DNA of 23,121 nucleotides from Candidatus Helarchaeota archaeon (GTDB taxonomy: Archaea; Asgardarchaeota; Lokiarchaeia; Helarchaeales; RDOG01): positions 1 to 23,121 of the forward strand of contig JALGVI010000053.1 in NCBI GenBank assembly GCA_029838215.1, in the 5' to 3' direction. Positions within the stretch are counted from its first letter, which is position 1; each line of letters begins with the position of its first letter. The translations under genes and the position numbers were made by a program. This document shows positions 16,551-23,121 of the stretch, one piece after another. The notes beneath the pieces were generated by a model. It had not been told where the DNA came from, did no database searches, and saw only the letters and a program-made list of their open reading frames with translations.

Positions 16551-17219
16551 ATGGATGCCGTAATAAAAATTGGTGGAAGTCTGATTTCAGAACCCGATAT
16601 TTTGCGACCGTTATTAAATGAAATAACTTCATTGATTCATGATTTTACTCTCTTGCTCATCCCTGGAGGAGGAGCTCTTGCTGATCAGGTTCGACTTTTA
16701 GACAGGCAGTATGAACTTTCAAGTCAGGCTGCACATCACATGGCTTTACTGGCTGAAGACATTAATGCTTTCCTCATTCAAGATCTAATGGAAAATGCTA
16801 TTGTCATCGATCGACTGGATGATGAAAGCATAAATTCCGATGTCCCAATCATACTCCAACCGGCAAGGGAAGTAATGACGAGCAAAATCTTGCCAAGCTC
16901 TTGGGATGTTACCAGTGATTCTGTTGCGGCTTGGATCGCAAAAAAGGTCAAGGCAAATCACCTGATATTAGTGAAAGACGTTGACGGTCTGTTCGAACAT
17001 GACCCAAAAACACATGCGAATCCTTCATTTGTATTAGAGATCACCATAAGCGATTTAGAAAAATGGGAGGGTCCATCTTGTGTCGATAAATGGCTTCCAA
17101 AAATTTTAACCGTTCCCTGCCACGTGGTGAATGGTAAAAATCCCGAACGTATCCGTACCATTCTATTAAAAGAACCAACAAGAGAAACATTGATTTTGCC
17201 TCGCAAGACGAAGACTTGA
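16551..17219 (+). CDS. mfnE: Amino-acid-kinase-fold kinase, MfnE-like (5-(aminomethyl)-3-furanmethanol phosphate kinase)
   Basis: VIKIGGSL, IPGGGALADQVR, AHHMALLA, LPSSWDVTSDSVAAWIA, LVKDVDG. AGGTGA SD upstream. Confidence 0.82.
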   Translation: MDAVIKIGGSLISEPDILRPLLNEITSLIHDFTLLLIPGGGALADQVRLLDRQYELSSQAAHHMALLAEDINAFLIQDLMENAIVIDRLDDESINSDVPIILQPAREVMTSKILPSSWDVTSDSVAAWIAKKVKANHLILVKDVDGLFEHDPKTHANPSFVLEITISDLEKWEGPSCVDKWLPKILTVPCHVVNGKNPERIRTILLKEPTRETLILPRKTKT

Positions 17220-17382
17220 TTTTTCTCAAATTCCGGTTTTTTGTGGCAGATCTTTTTTTTTAGCAACAACCATTTAAAGCTTGAAAATAATATTTTTTTC
17301 AATATTTTTTCACAAATTATTGCTAAAAGTTAATTATTATCCGTCATCTTCATTGAATGAGTCTCATAAGGAGTAGATATGG

Positions 17383-18015
17383 TTGGAAGAAAAATCACTA
17401 AATTTTGGAGATGCAATTGAAGGAAATAACTTCGAGTTGCTTAAAAAAAGTCTAATTGAGTTTCGAGAGATCGCAAAGGTCGTAGAAAAAGATTTTGCAG
17501 GTGTTCGACTACGTTCTCCAGATCTCCTCCAGAAAAAAGAAATTCAAGACCAAATCAACCGCGTTATTGAAAAAATTCAAGAAGATCTTGACATTGTAGA
17601 AAACGGGATGCCAAAACTAAAAATATGGTTCATGATTCGAAGACAGGCACTGAACTCCATACAAAATCTCGGGGAAAGCATTGAACAGGCAGTAAAATGT
17701 AAGACTGAAGATGAAATAATCGATGCTCTTCGCATGTTTGCATTAGCAGCGCAAGAGGATTTTAGCCATCAATTGGTTCGGCTTCAAGAAATTTGGTCAA
17801 AGGATGTTTTTAATATCATGCAAGCCATGAAACGATGCGTGTCCATCATGCAAGTTGTCCAAGAGAAAATCGATCGCTACAAGGAGGAAATTCACATGAC
17901 CACCGACCTTTCAAATGATATCGAACGGGCTCTTAAATTCATTATTAGCAAAAATTTTGATGCTTTCACTCAACTCGAAGAAAAACTGCGGACTGAATTT
18001 GTTAAAGGGGAATGA
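17383..18015 (+). CDS. Hypothetical all-alpha-helical protein
   Basis: 210-aa ORF with a TTG start 9 nt after AAGGAG. Glu/Lys/Leu-rich helical pattern; no family recognised. Confidence 0.65.
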   Translation: MEEKSLNFGDAIEGNNFELLKKSLIEFREIAKVVEKDFAGVRLRSPDLLQKKEIQDQINRVIEKIQEDLDIVENGMPKLKIWFMIRRQALNSIQNLGESIEQAVKCKTEDEIIDALRMFALAAQEDFSHQLVRLQEIWSKDVFNIMQAMKRCVSIMQVVQEKIDRYKEEIHMTTDLSNDIERALKFIISKNFDAFTQLEEKLRTEFVKGE

Positions 18016-18053
18016 ATCCTTCTAACAATCATGATTGAAATGAGGACTGGATA

Positions 18054-18353
18054 ATGCTCGTATTCACATTGTATGAGATTAATGAATTCGTTAGCTTCCT
18101 ACCATACAGGATTCATCGCGAAATCTTTTATGATTTCACACGTGCAAATTTTGATGGTCTTTCTGTTGGACTCGCATTTCTTGCAAAAATTGACCTGAAT
18201 GTTGTATTGGTTCAAACAGTCTTAAATTTTCCCGGGATTCAAGATAAAGATGCAATTTTAAAAAAAATTAGAGAGACTGATTTCGGAGAACTAGATCTTG
18301 AAGTGAAATTCGTTCATGGCTCAATTAAAGAAATTTACATGTCTATTTCCTAG
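18054..18353 (+). CDS. Hypothetical protein
   Basis: 99-aa ORF with ATG and upstream GAGG, co-oriented and closely spaced within a four-gene run. Confidence 0.55.
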   Translation: MLVFTLYEINEFVSFLPYRIHREIFYDFTRANFDGLSVGLAFLAKIDLNVVLVQTVLNFPGIQDKDAILKKIRETDFGELDLEVKFVHGSIKEIYMSIS

Positions 18354-18367
18354 AATCTGGTGTTTCG

Positions 18368-18733
18368 ATGAGAAAACGTTTCATTACACAAATCGGCATG
18401 GGCGTGGATCAACACGGACATGAATCTAATGTTACTAAAGCAGCGATAAAAGCCATCAAAAATGCAATCTCAAATAATTGCCTACAAGGATTACGCGAAA
18501 TTGGTGGAATGACTAATCCAACTCAAATGATCGTTGAGGTGCGCATTGCTGCCCCGTATCCTGAAAATATCAATAGAAGTAAAGTTCTACGTGCGATTCC
18601 CTTTGGAAGAAAGGAATTAATCGTTGAAAAAGGTGGAATGATTGCCTACGGCATAGAAATTCCTGAATTAGGCGATGTGAATCAAGAAATACTCGTTGTC
18701 AATGCCGCAGTTACCGTATATCTCGACCTGTAA
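18368..18733 (+). CDS. Lin0512 family protein (function unknown)
   Basis: FITQIGMGVDQHG...TKAAIKAIKNAISNNCL...VRIAAPYPE...VLRAIPFG...GG...VVNAAVTV matches the Lin0512 family pattern. Confidence 0.85.
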   Translation: MRKRFITQIGMGVDQHGHESNVTKAAIKAIKNAISNNCLQGLREIGGMTNPTQMIVEVRIAAPYPENINRSKVLRAIPFGRKELIVEKGGMIAYGIEIPELGDVNQEILVVNAAVTVYLDL

Positions 18734-18757
18734 TGATAAAGAGCGTGAAATTATTTA

Positions 18758-19327
18758 ATGTCGCAGACTTTCCGAAATTTCCTTAATAAAATATACGAAT
18801 CCACGCATTTTGATCGGCTTCAGATGGAAGAGCTTTTGAAAACGGAAATTATCATTCGGGATAAATTATTTGATTTATTTTTGGCTAAAGCTAACAGCTT
18901 CTGGAACAAATGGGCAAAAAAAACCGCTCAACCAAAAGAAAGAATTGGTGATTTTTTTCTACAATACGGACCCGTTTTGATCAAAGAATATCTCACGACG
19001 AATTTTCCATTTGCTGCCAACCGAATTTTCATCAATGTCCAAAAAGGCGGGACCGAATTCGATATCATATTTTTCTTTATTTACCGATTCAACAAATCAG
19101 AACTCGAAGCCATGAAAGAAATAGCTGAAAAAGATACTGAAACGCTCTCGTCCCCACTTATAGCAACGAGAATCTTTGCAGAGGCACTTCTATCATTTAA
19201 TACGATCATTTCCGAAACCGTGGGCTACAAATATGTTATGATGCTTAATGAAGTGAAGTTTCTCAGGAAAAAAGGGTATGAAAATGAAATTGTTTACATG
19301 GAACTCCATGCACGTCCACACGATTGA
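18758..19327 (+). CDS. Hypothetical protein
   Basis: 189-aa ORF with ATG start and protein-like composition, last of the co-oriented run; no motif recognised. Confidence 0.65.
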   Translation: MSQTFRNFLNKIYESTHFDRLQMEELLKTEIIIRDKLFDLFLAKANSFWNKWAKKTAQPKERIGDFFLQYGPVLIKEYLTTNFPFAANRIFINVQKGGTEFDIIFFFIYRFNKSELEAMKEIAEKDTETLSSPLIATRIFAEALLSFNTIISETVGYKYVMMLNEVKFLRKKGYENEIVYMELHARPHD

Positions 19328-19339
19328 AATTCGTCCGCA

Positions 19340-19837
19340 TCATTCAAGTCTGGGAATTGAGTCGAGAAATTTCCCTATGATGTTAACAAATTTGGTAATC
19401 TGAGTTCGGAAAGTATTAATCTTGTGGATGAGCTGGGCTTTCTCCCGCTTTGTTTCTTCATCTATATCTTTTAGAAAGCTATTTTGCACGTCTTCTATTT
19501 CTCTGAGTGCTTTATTGATATTAAACTCCATGACACGTGAAATTAAGTTCCGCAACCAATTTTTTTCAATTTGGAAGTAGGTCTTGCGGTCGTTTTTCTT
19601 TTTGATAATCTTGATAACACCATATCTACCCATGTCTCGAAGGACAATAGAAAGTGCCGATGCGCCATATCCGCAGGAATCTCGCAAGTATTCTAAAGAC
19701 AGAGGTTCATTCGAAACCCATAACACGCCAATTAATCGTGCTTGAAGCTGTTCAAATCCGAGACTCCAAATTAGGTTTTCGATTATTTCAATGAGTTGTG
19801 TTTCTAAATCTGAATTTTTCTTGTTCATTCTCTTCAC
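19340..19837 (-). CDS. GbsR/MarR-family winged-helix transcriptional regulator (start may be the ATG at 19828)
   Basis: LGFEQLQARLIGVLWVSNEPLSLEYLRDSCGYGASALSIVLRDMGRYGVIK...DRKTYF is a GbsR-type wHTH, followed by a long helical C-terminus. Confidence 0.8.
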   Translation of the reverse strand: MKRMNKKNSDLETQLIEIIENLIWSLGFEQLQARLIGVLWVSNEPLSLEYLRDSCGYGASALSIVLRDMGRYGVIKIIKKKNDRKTYFQIEKNWLRNLISRVMEFNINKALREIEDVQNSFLKDIDEETKREKAQLIHKINTFRTQITKFVNIIGKFLDSIPRLE

Positions 19838-20015
19838 ATCAAGAGAAAAACTTTGTAATAAATCATCTATTCCATGTAGAGATTATCCATTCTTTTAAAT
19901 CCACCGATTCAGATTTTGTCTTTTTACGAGAATTTCAGGAAATGAAAATGGCTTAATAACAGTGAAATACCACGAAATGAAGTTTTAAGCTAAAAGATTT
20001 GTTTAAAACTTGAAA

Positions 20016-20039
20016 TTCGATTTATTATAATAAATCGAA
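20016..20039. promoter_or_regulatory. Perfect 24-bp palindrome, candidate operator
   Basis: TTCGATTTATTATAATAAATCGAA equals its own reverse complement. It lies in the divergent intergenic region upstream of the GbsR/MarR gene. Confidence 0.6.
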
Positions 20040-20092
20040 ACGTTTGCACGAAGATCTTCATCCATAAATATAAAATTGCAAATCATGTTAGA

Positions 20093-20102
20093 TTTATATA
20101 AA
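20093..20102 (+). promoter_or_regulatory. Candidate TATA box for the 20147 gene
   Basis: TTTATATAAA about 45 bp upstream of the ATG at 20147. The context is AT-rich, so support is weak. Confidence 0.3.
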
Positions 20103-20146
20103 ATTTTTATAACTTTAATTATAATTTGTTGTAGTTAACTTGTAAA

Positions 20147-20494
20147 ATGGTGAGATTGATGGTTCTAGATATTATTGGAGCGACAAGCATCATCTGTTCG
20201 ACTGTTGGATTGATCATGTTTATTTTGGCTAATATTATCGTATACAAGATTTTACAGTTGTTTCCAAAGGCGCGGATGCGCAGGGATTGGTTAATCATAT
20301 TTATACTGATTGCATTTTTTTCAATGGGATATGTGGTAAATATCGTAAGTGTAGCATTGAATTTAATCATGGTAGAACTCATCATGCAGGCACTTGTTTA
20401 CCTTTTCGGAGCAATCTTTGTATTTATTATTATTCAGTTGAGTTATAAAACATATAAAATCATTTTAGAAGCAGCTGAATCTGAATCGAATTAA
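20147..20494 (+). CDS. Small polytopic membrane protein (about 3 TM helices)
   Basis: 115-aa ORF that is almost entirely hydrophobic helices (WLIIFILIAFFSMGYVV; LVYLFGAIFVFIIIQLS). Confidence 0.75.
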   Translation: MVRLMVLDIIGATSIICSTVGLIMFILANIIVYKILQLFPKARMRRDWLIIFILIAFFSMGYVVNIVSVALNLIMVELIMQALVYLFGAIFVFIIIQLSYKTYKIILEAAESESN

Positions 20495-20511
20495 TCTGTG
20501 AGAAAGCATAC

Positions 20512-20780
20512 ATGTAATAGATGAGCTTTGGGTAATAACCGAAGCCGGAGTTACGGTATATAATCAGACCATTGAAGAGAGATTGGATGCCGATTTATTT
20601 GGTGGAATGATTTCTTCTCTAAATAGTTTCATAAAACATTTAGGTGAAAAAGAATTCAAGCACATTAATATGGACACTTCCCAGATCTTTATTGAACGTT
20701 GCGAAAAGACGAAATTGTTTTTTATTGCTCGTTCTAACAGAAAAAGAGAATTTTTCAATTCCTTTGATTTTAGGAACTAG
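20512..20780 (+). pseudogene. Longin/roadblock-like domain gene remnant, frameshifted just after the ATG and 3'-truncated
   Basis: The frame 20502-20780 reads VIDELWVITEAGVTVYNQTIEERLDADLFGGMISSLNSF...LFFIARSN, a pattern I associate with Asgard longin-like domains. The only nearby ATG (20512, after a GTGAG SD-like motif) is out of frame (ATG TAA TAG). The recognisable sequence ends after about 80 aa. Confidence 0.55.
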
Positions 20781-20960
20781 CCAACACCACCTTTAAACTT
20801 TTCGACATGAATTGATCTGCTAGAGAGGGAAGCAGGCTCCCGCCCAAGGGCAGCCGGTGATCGTCGAAATCCAGCCAATAACTCGTCAGAATAGAGCTCT
20901 GGATGCGAGAGGCTAAAAACATCAGGCGACCAAGCGGATATCTTCCAGAATCGTCGATCT
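20771..20960. other. GC-rich (50%) segment of unknown nature between two broken genes
   Basis: Hand count gives 95 G+C in 190 nt, against AT-rich flanks. No convincing long ORF. Confidence 0.45.
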
Positions 20961-20961
20961 C

Positions 20962-21240
20962 TTAGCTTGAATTTCTTTTGTGAAGATGTGAGATATTTAG
21001 TTGATTGGTTTGATTTGGTTCTATAAATGAGATAACGTCAGTAGGTGGATCATTAATCGGTGAACCATACTCATCTTGAGTCGAATTGGTCCAATCATTT
21101 ACCCGTAAACACTCTGTAAAAATGCTAATTGGTGTCAAAATGATTGAAATAAATAATATAATAAGTAAAACTTTCTTTAGAATACGAATTTTCAATCTTT
21201 TCATCTCCCTTATTCTAAAAAAAGTGAAGATCGAAATCAA
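20962..21240 (-). pseudogene. Probable N-terminal fragment of a secreted or membrane-anchored protein
   Basis: Signal-peptide-like MKRLKIRILKKVLLIILFISIILTPISIF followed by a short polar region; it stops where the GC-rich segment begins. Confidence 0.4.
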
Positions 21241-21279
21241 TAAAAGTTTATTAGATACAAATTAATAAATTTATCCAAT

Positions 21280-22266
21280 ATGGTAAGTAAAAATAATATC
21301 ACCAGTACACTTTCCTTTAGGCAAAAGATTCTCCAATTCCTTAACGGCGAGAATGCAGAAATAAGCATTAGCGAAGAACAGAAAAAAATTCAATTTAAAT
21401 GTAATTTGGCACTCTGCAGAAAATATGGTAAAGGAAGTATTTTGCTTCAAGAATTGGAGGGAAAAAAAACTCAATTGTTACAAAAGCCTTTTTGGAATAA
21501 AATCCTTATGGGACTATACATGGCATTAATACCTATTGGAATCATTTTTGGTATCACGTCCTTCCCCTTACTCATTGCATATCTACTTCGATCAATATCA
21601 TTACTGACAATAATTCCTTGGTTTGTCATTATTCCATTTCAAATCTTGATAATGAGCGGAATACTTTACATTTTTTTAGCACCGATATTAATTAATATCA
21701 TTCCATTTTTGGATTTTAAGGCAAAAAAGAAGTTTTTTCGCCGAATGAATAAATATTTAAGAAAAAATATAGATAATAAATCATATTATACTAATTTAAA
21801 GGTACTTCCAATGGAAAAAAAGGGAGTTAGTGAGATTCTTACCAAATTTTTTGAAGAGGAGAATACTAGAGTAGAAATTACGGAAACAGAAAATGGGAAT
21901 ATTAATTATAAATACAATTTAAATCGCCTCGAAGGAATAATAACTATTTCCGATACAAAAAACGAAAAAAGACGATTTCAAGTCCATTTCACCAAGGAAA
22001 AATTCGTATTTTATGGATTAGTAATTTTTTTAATTTATGGAATAACCTTCGGCATTACTTTTATTTTCATGGTTCCGAAGTATGAAAGTAGCTATCCATG
22101 GTTTTTATTTTTTATGTCATATTCATATATACTTAACATCTGGGGTTTAATTATCATTATTTATCTTTTTCTCTTTCCCTTTTGGGGCATTTGGACTAAT
22201 ATAGTGCATTTCAAGAATCAAAGAGCATTTCAACGAAAATTATTAAAATTATTGGATAAAAAATGA
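21280..22266 (+). CDS. Hypothetical membrane protein built from two tandem (soluble domain + TM hairpin) repeats
   Basis: 328-aa ORF with four long hydrophobic segments and visible internal similarity (GIIFGITSF / GITFGITFI; DFKAKKKFFRRMNKYL / HFKNQRAFQRKLLKLL). Confidence 0.7.
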   Translation: MVSKNNITSTLSFRQKILQFLNGENAEISISEEQKKIQFKCNLALCRKYGKGSILLQELEGKKTQLLQKPFWNKILMGLYMALIPIGIIFGITSFPLLIAYLLRSISLLTIIPWFVIIPFQILIMSGILYIFLAPILINIIPFLDFKAKKKFFRRMNKYLRKNIDNKSYYTNLKVLPMEKKGVSEILTKFFEEENTRVEITETENGNINYKYNLNRLEGIITISDTKNEKRRFQVHFTKEKFVFYGLVIFLIYGITFGITFIFMVPKYESSYPWFLFFMSYSYILNIWGLIIIIYLFLFPFWGIWTNIVHFKNQRAFQRKLLKLLDKK

Positions 22267-22348
22267 CCTTTAAGAAATTTATTTTCAATAGATTTTTCTA
22301 TCAAAAAGTATTATGTAAATAAGCAATATATAGAAGAGTAAGAGAAGA

Positions 22349-23047
22349 ATGATTAAGCAAAAAACAAATTTCTATATTGGAGTACTTTTTATATTTTCTA
22401 TATTATTACAGAATTGTATTTTTTTAATTTCTTTTGGGAGAAATTTATGCCAAGAACCAATTATTTACTCTAATGAGATTTCAAATTATATCTGCTTATT
22501 TCAAATCCAAGGTTTAAATATTGGTACTAATTTGGGATATGAATTCTCTGCCAATGGCGATTATAATGGGGATTTGATTACAGACTTATTAATAACAGAT
22601 CTACTAGAGAAAAAAATATTATTGTACGACGGCGCAACGATATTAAATGAAAGAAGAAATGTTATAATCCAAGATGCAAGTGCAAGTACATCATTTGGTC
22701 GCACAATCGAATTTATAGGAGATATAAACAATGATACCTATTGTGATTTCATTGTTTCAGACATAGAGTATAATTCAGGAAGTGGTAGAATCTATTTATT
22801 TTTCGGGAATGAAACAAGTTTATTTAATTCTAATGATAATGTAACTATTGATGGGGAAGAAGTTGGAGCATATTTTGGTTCTTCCGTTTCTTCTGCTGGA
22901 GATATTAATACTGATGGGTTCAATGACTTCATCATCAGTGCTCCCTGTTCTACTGTTGGAAGTTACTCAGAAGCCGGGAAAGCGTTTGTTTTTTTTGGAA
23001 ATTCCTCAGGTTTTTTGCATCGAACCTTCCTTGACGAAGAAATTTAA
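22349..23047 (+). CDS. FG-GAP/integrin-alpha beta-propeller repeat protein, apparently truncated after three repeats
   Basis: N-terminal hydrophobic signal. Repeats LGYEFSANGDYNGDLITDLLI, FGRTIEFIGDINNDTYCDFIVS...GRIYLFFG and FGSSVSSAGDINTDGFNDFIISAP...AGKAFVFFG with Ca-binding DxNxDG-type loops. The ORF ends abruptly. Confidence 0.8.
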   Translation: MIKQKTNFYIGVLFIFSILLQNCIFLISFGRNLCQEPIIYSNEISNYICLFQIQGLNIGTNLGYEFSANGDYNGDLITDLLITDLLEKKILLYDGATILNERRNVIIQDASASTSFGRTIEFIGDINNDTYCDFIVSDIEYNSGSGRIYLFFGNETSLFNSNDNVTIDGEEVGAYFGSSVSSAGDINTDGFNDFIISAPCSTVGSYSEAGKAFVFFGNSSGFLHRTFLDEEI

Positions 23048-23121
23048 AGAAAAAATCTTGGAGATGATACTCAACCTCCTGAAAAAAAGCACTCGTATGC
23101 GCATAGAATGAAATGTTGCAG

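Noticed and set aside
300-17302. Numerous 60-130-aa ORFs in the track lying antisense or out of frame within long genes (for example 300-602, 2347-2589, 3456-3791, 4529-4855, 7942-8337, 13613-13852, 15597-15959, 16958-17302)
   Set aside because: They overlap well-supported genes with family motifs and show no motifs or SD sites of their own; they are shadow ORFs.
17379-17420. Short ORF MVGRKITKFWRCN starting at the ATG after AAGGAG, as a leader peptide or frameshift
   Set aside because: The TTG at 17383 is at normal SD spacing and opens the long frame; nothing supports the short ORF.
17383-18015. 210-aa helical protein as the ESCRT-III/Snf7 partner of the MIT-AAA ATPase
   Set aside because: The size fits, but it lacks the basic N-terminal half, acidic C-terminal half and MIM-like tail, and it lies 15 kb away.
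20771-20960. GC-rich segment as tRNA, SRP RNA, RNase P RNA or group II intron end
   Set aside because: I found no T-loop/cloverleaf, no SRP helix-8 motif, no GAGGAAAGUCC, and no domain V GAGCCG...GTACGGTTC signature on either strand.
22848-23111. 87-aa alternative-frame ORF as an independent gene
   Set aside because: Its first two-thirds are just the shifted frame of the third FG-GAP repeat; only the last ~30 codons look protein-like, and these are covered under the truncation finding.
1-23121. CRISPR array, rRNA, tRNA, intact transposase or integrase, selenocysteine/pyrrolysine read-through
   Set aside because: I saw no regularly spaced repeats, RNA-gene signatures, full DDE or tyrosine-recombinase ORFs, or in-frame stops splitting an otherwise continuous known protein.

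Overview
Archaeal genomic window, about 35-40% GC by eye, with GGTGA/GAGGTGA-type Shine-Dalgarno motifs. It is most likely from an Asgard archaeon (Lokiarchaeia-like); this is an inference from gene content: archaeal-type mevalonate and methanofuran genes, a MIT-AAA ATPase, a longin-like fragment and a glycosylated GIFT-domain surface protein. From left to right: (1) the 3' part of a membrane-anchored GldG/GIFT-domain glycoprotein; (2) a MIT-domain AAA+ ATPase; (3) sucD-sucC; (4) a minus-strand run of ABC-type ATPase, TOPRIM-like protein and endonuclease IV; (5) a GH3 glycosidase; (6) a minus-strand modified mevalonate operon (ipk, UbiD-family decarboxylase, unknown membrane protein, and an aconitase X with small and large subunits fused); (7) divergently, an mfnD-mfnF-mfnE-like methanofuran operon; (8) four mostly uncharacterised genes including a Lin0512-family gene; (9) a GbsR/MarR regulator with a perfect 24-bp palindrome upstream; (10) a decaying accessory region with a small membrane protein, a broken longin-like gene, a ~50% GC insert, a truncated secreted protein, an internally duplicated membrane protein and a truncated FG-GAP protein. 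I saw no rRNA, tRNA or CRISPR array. All calls come from motif recognition by eye; no searches were run.
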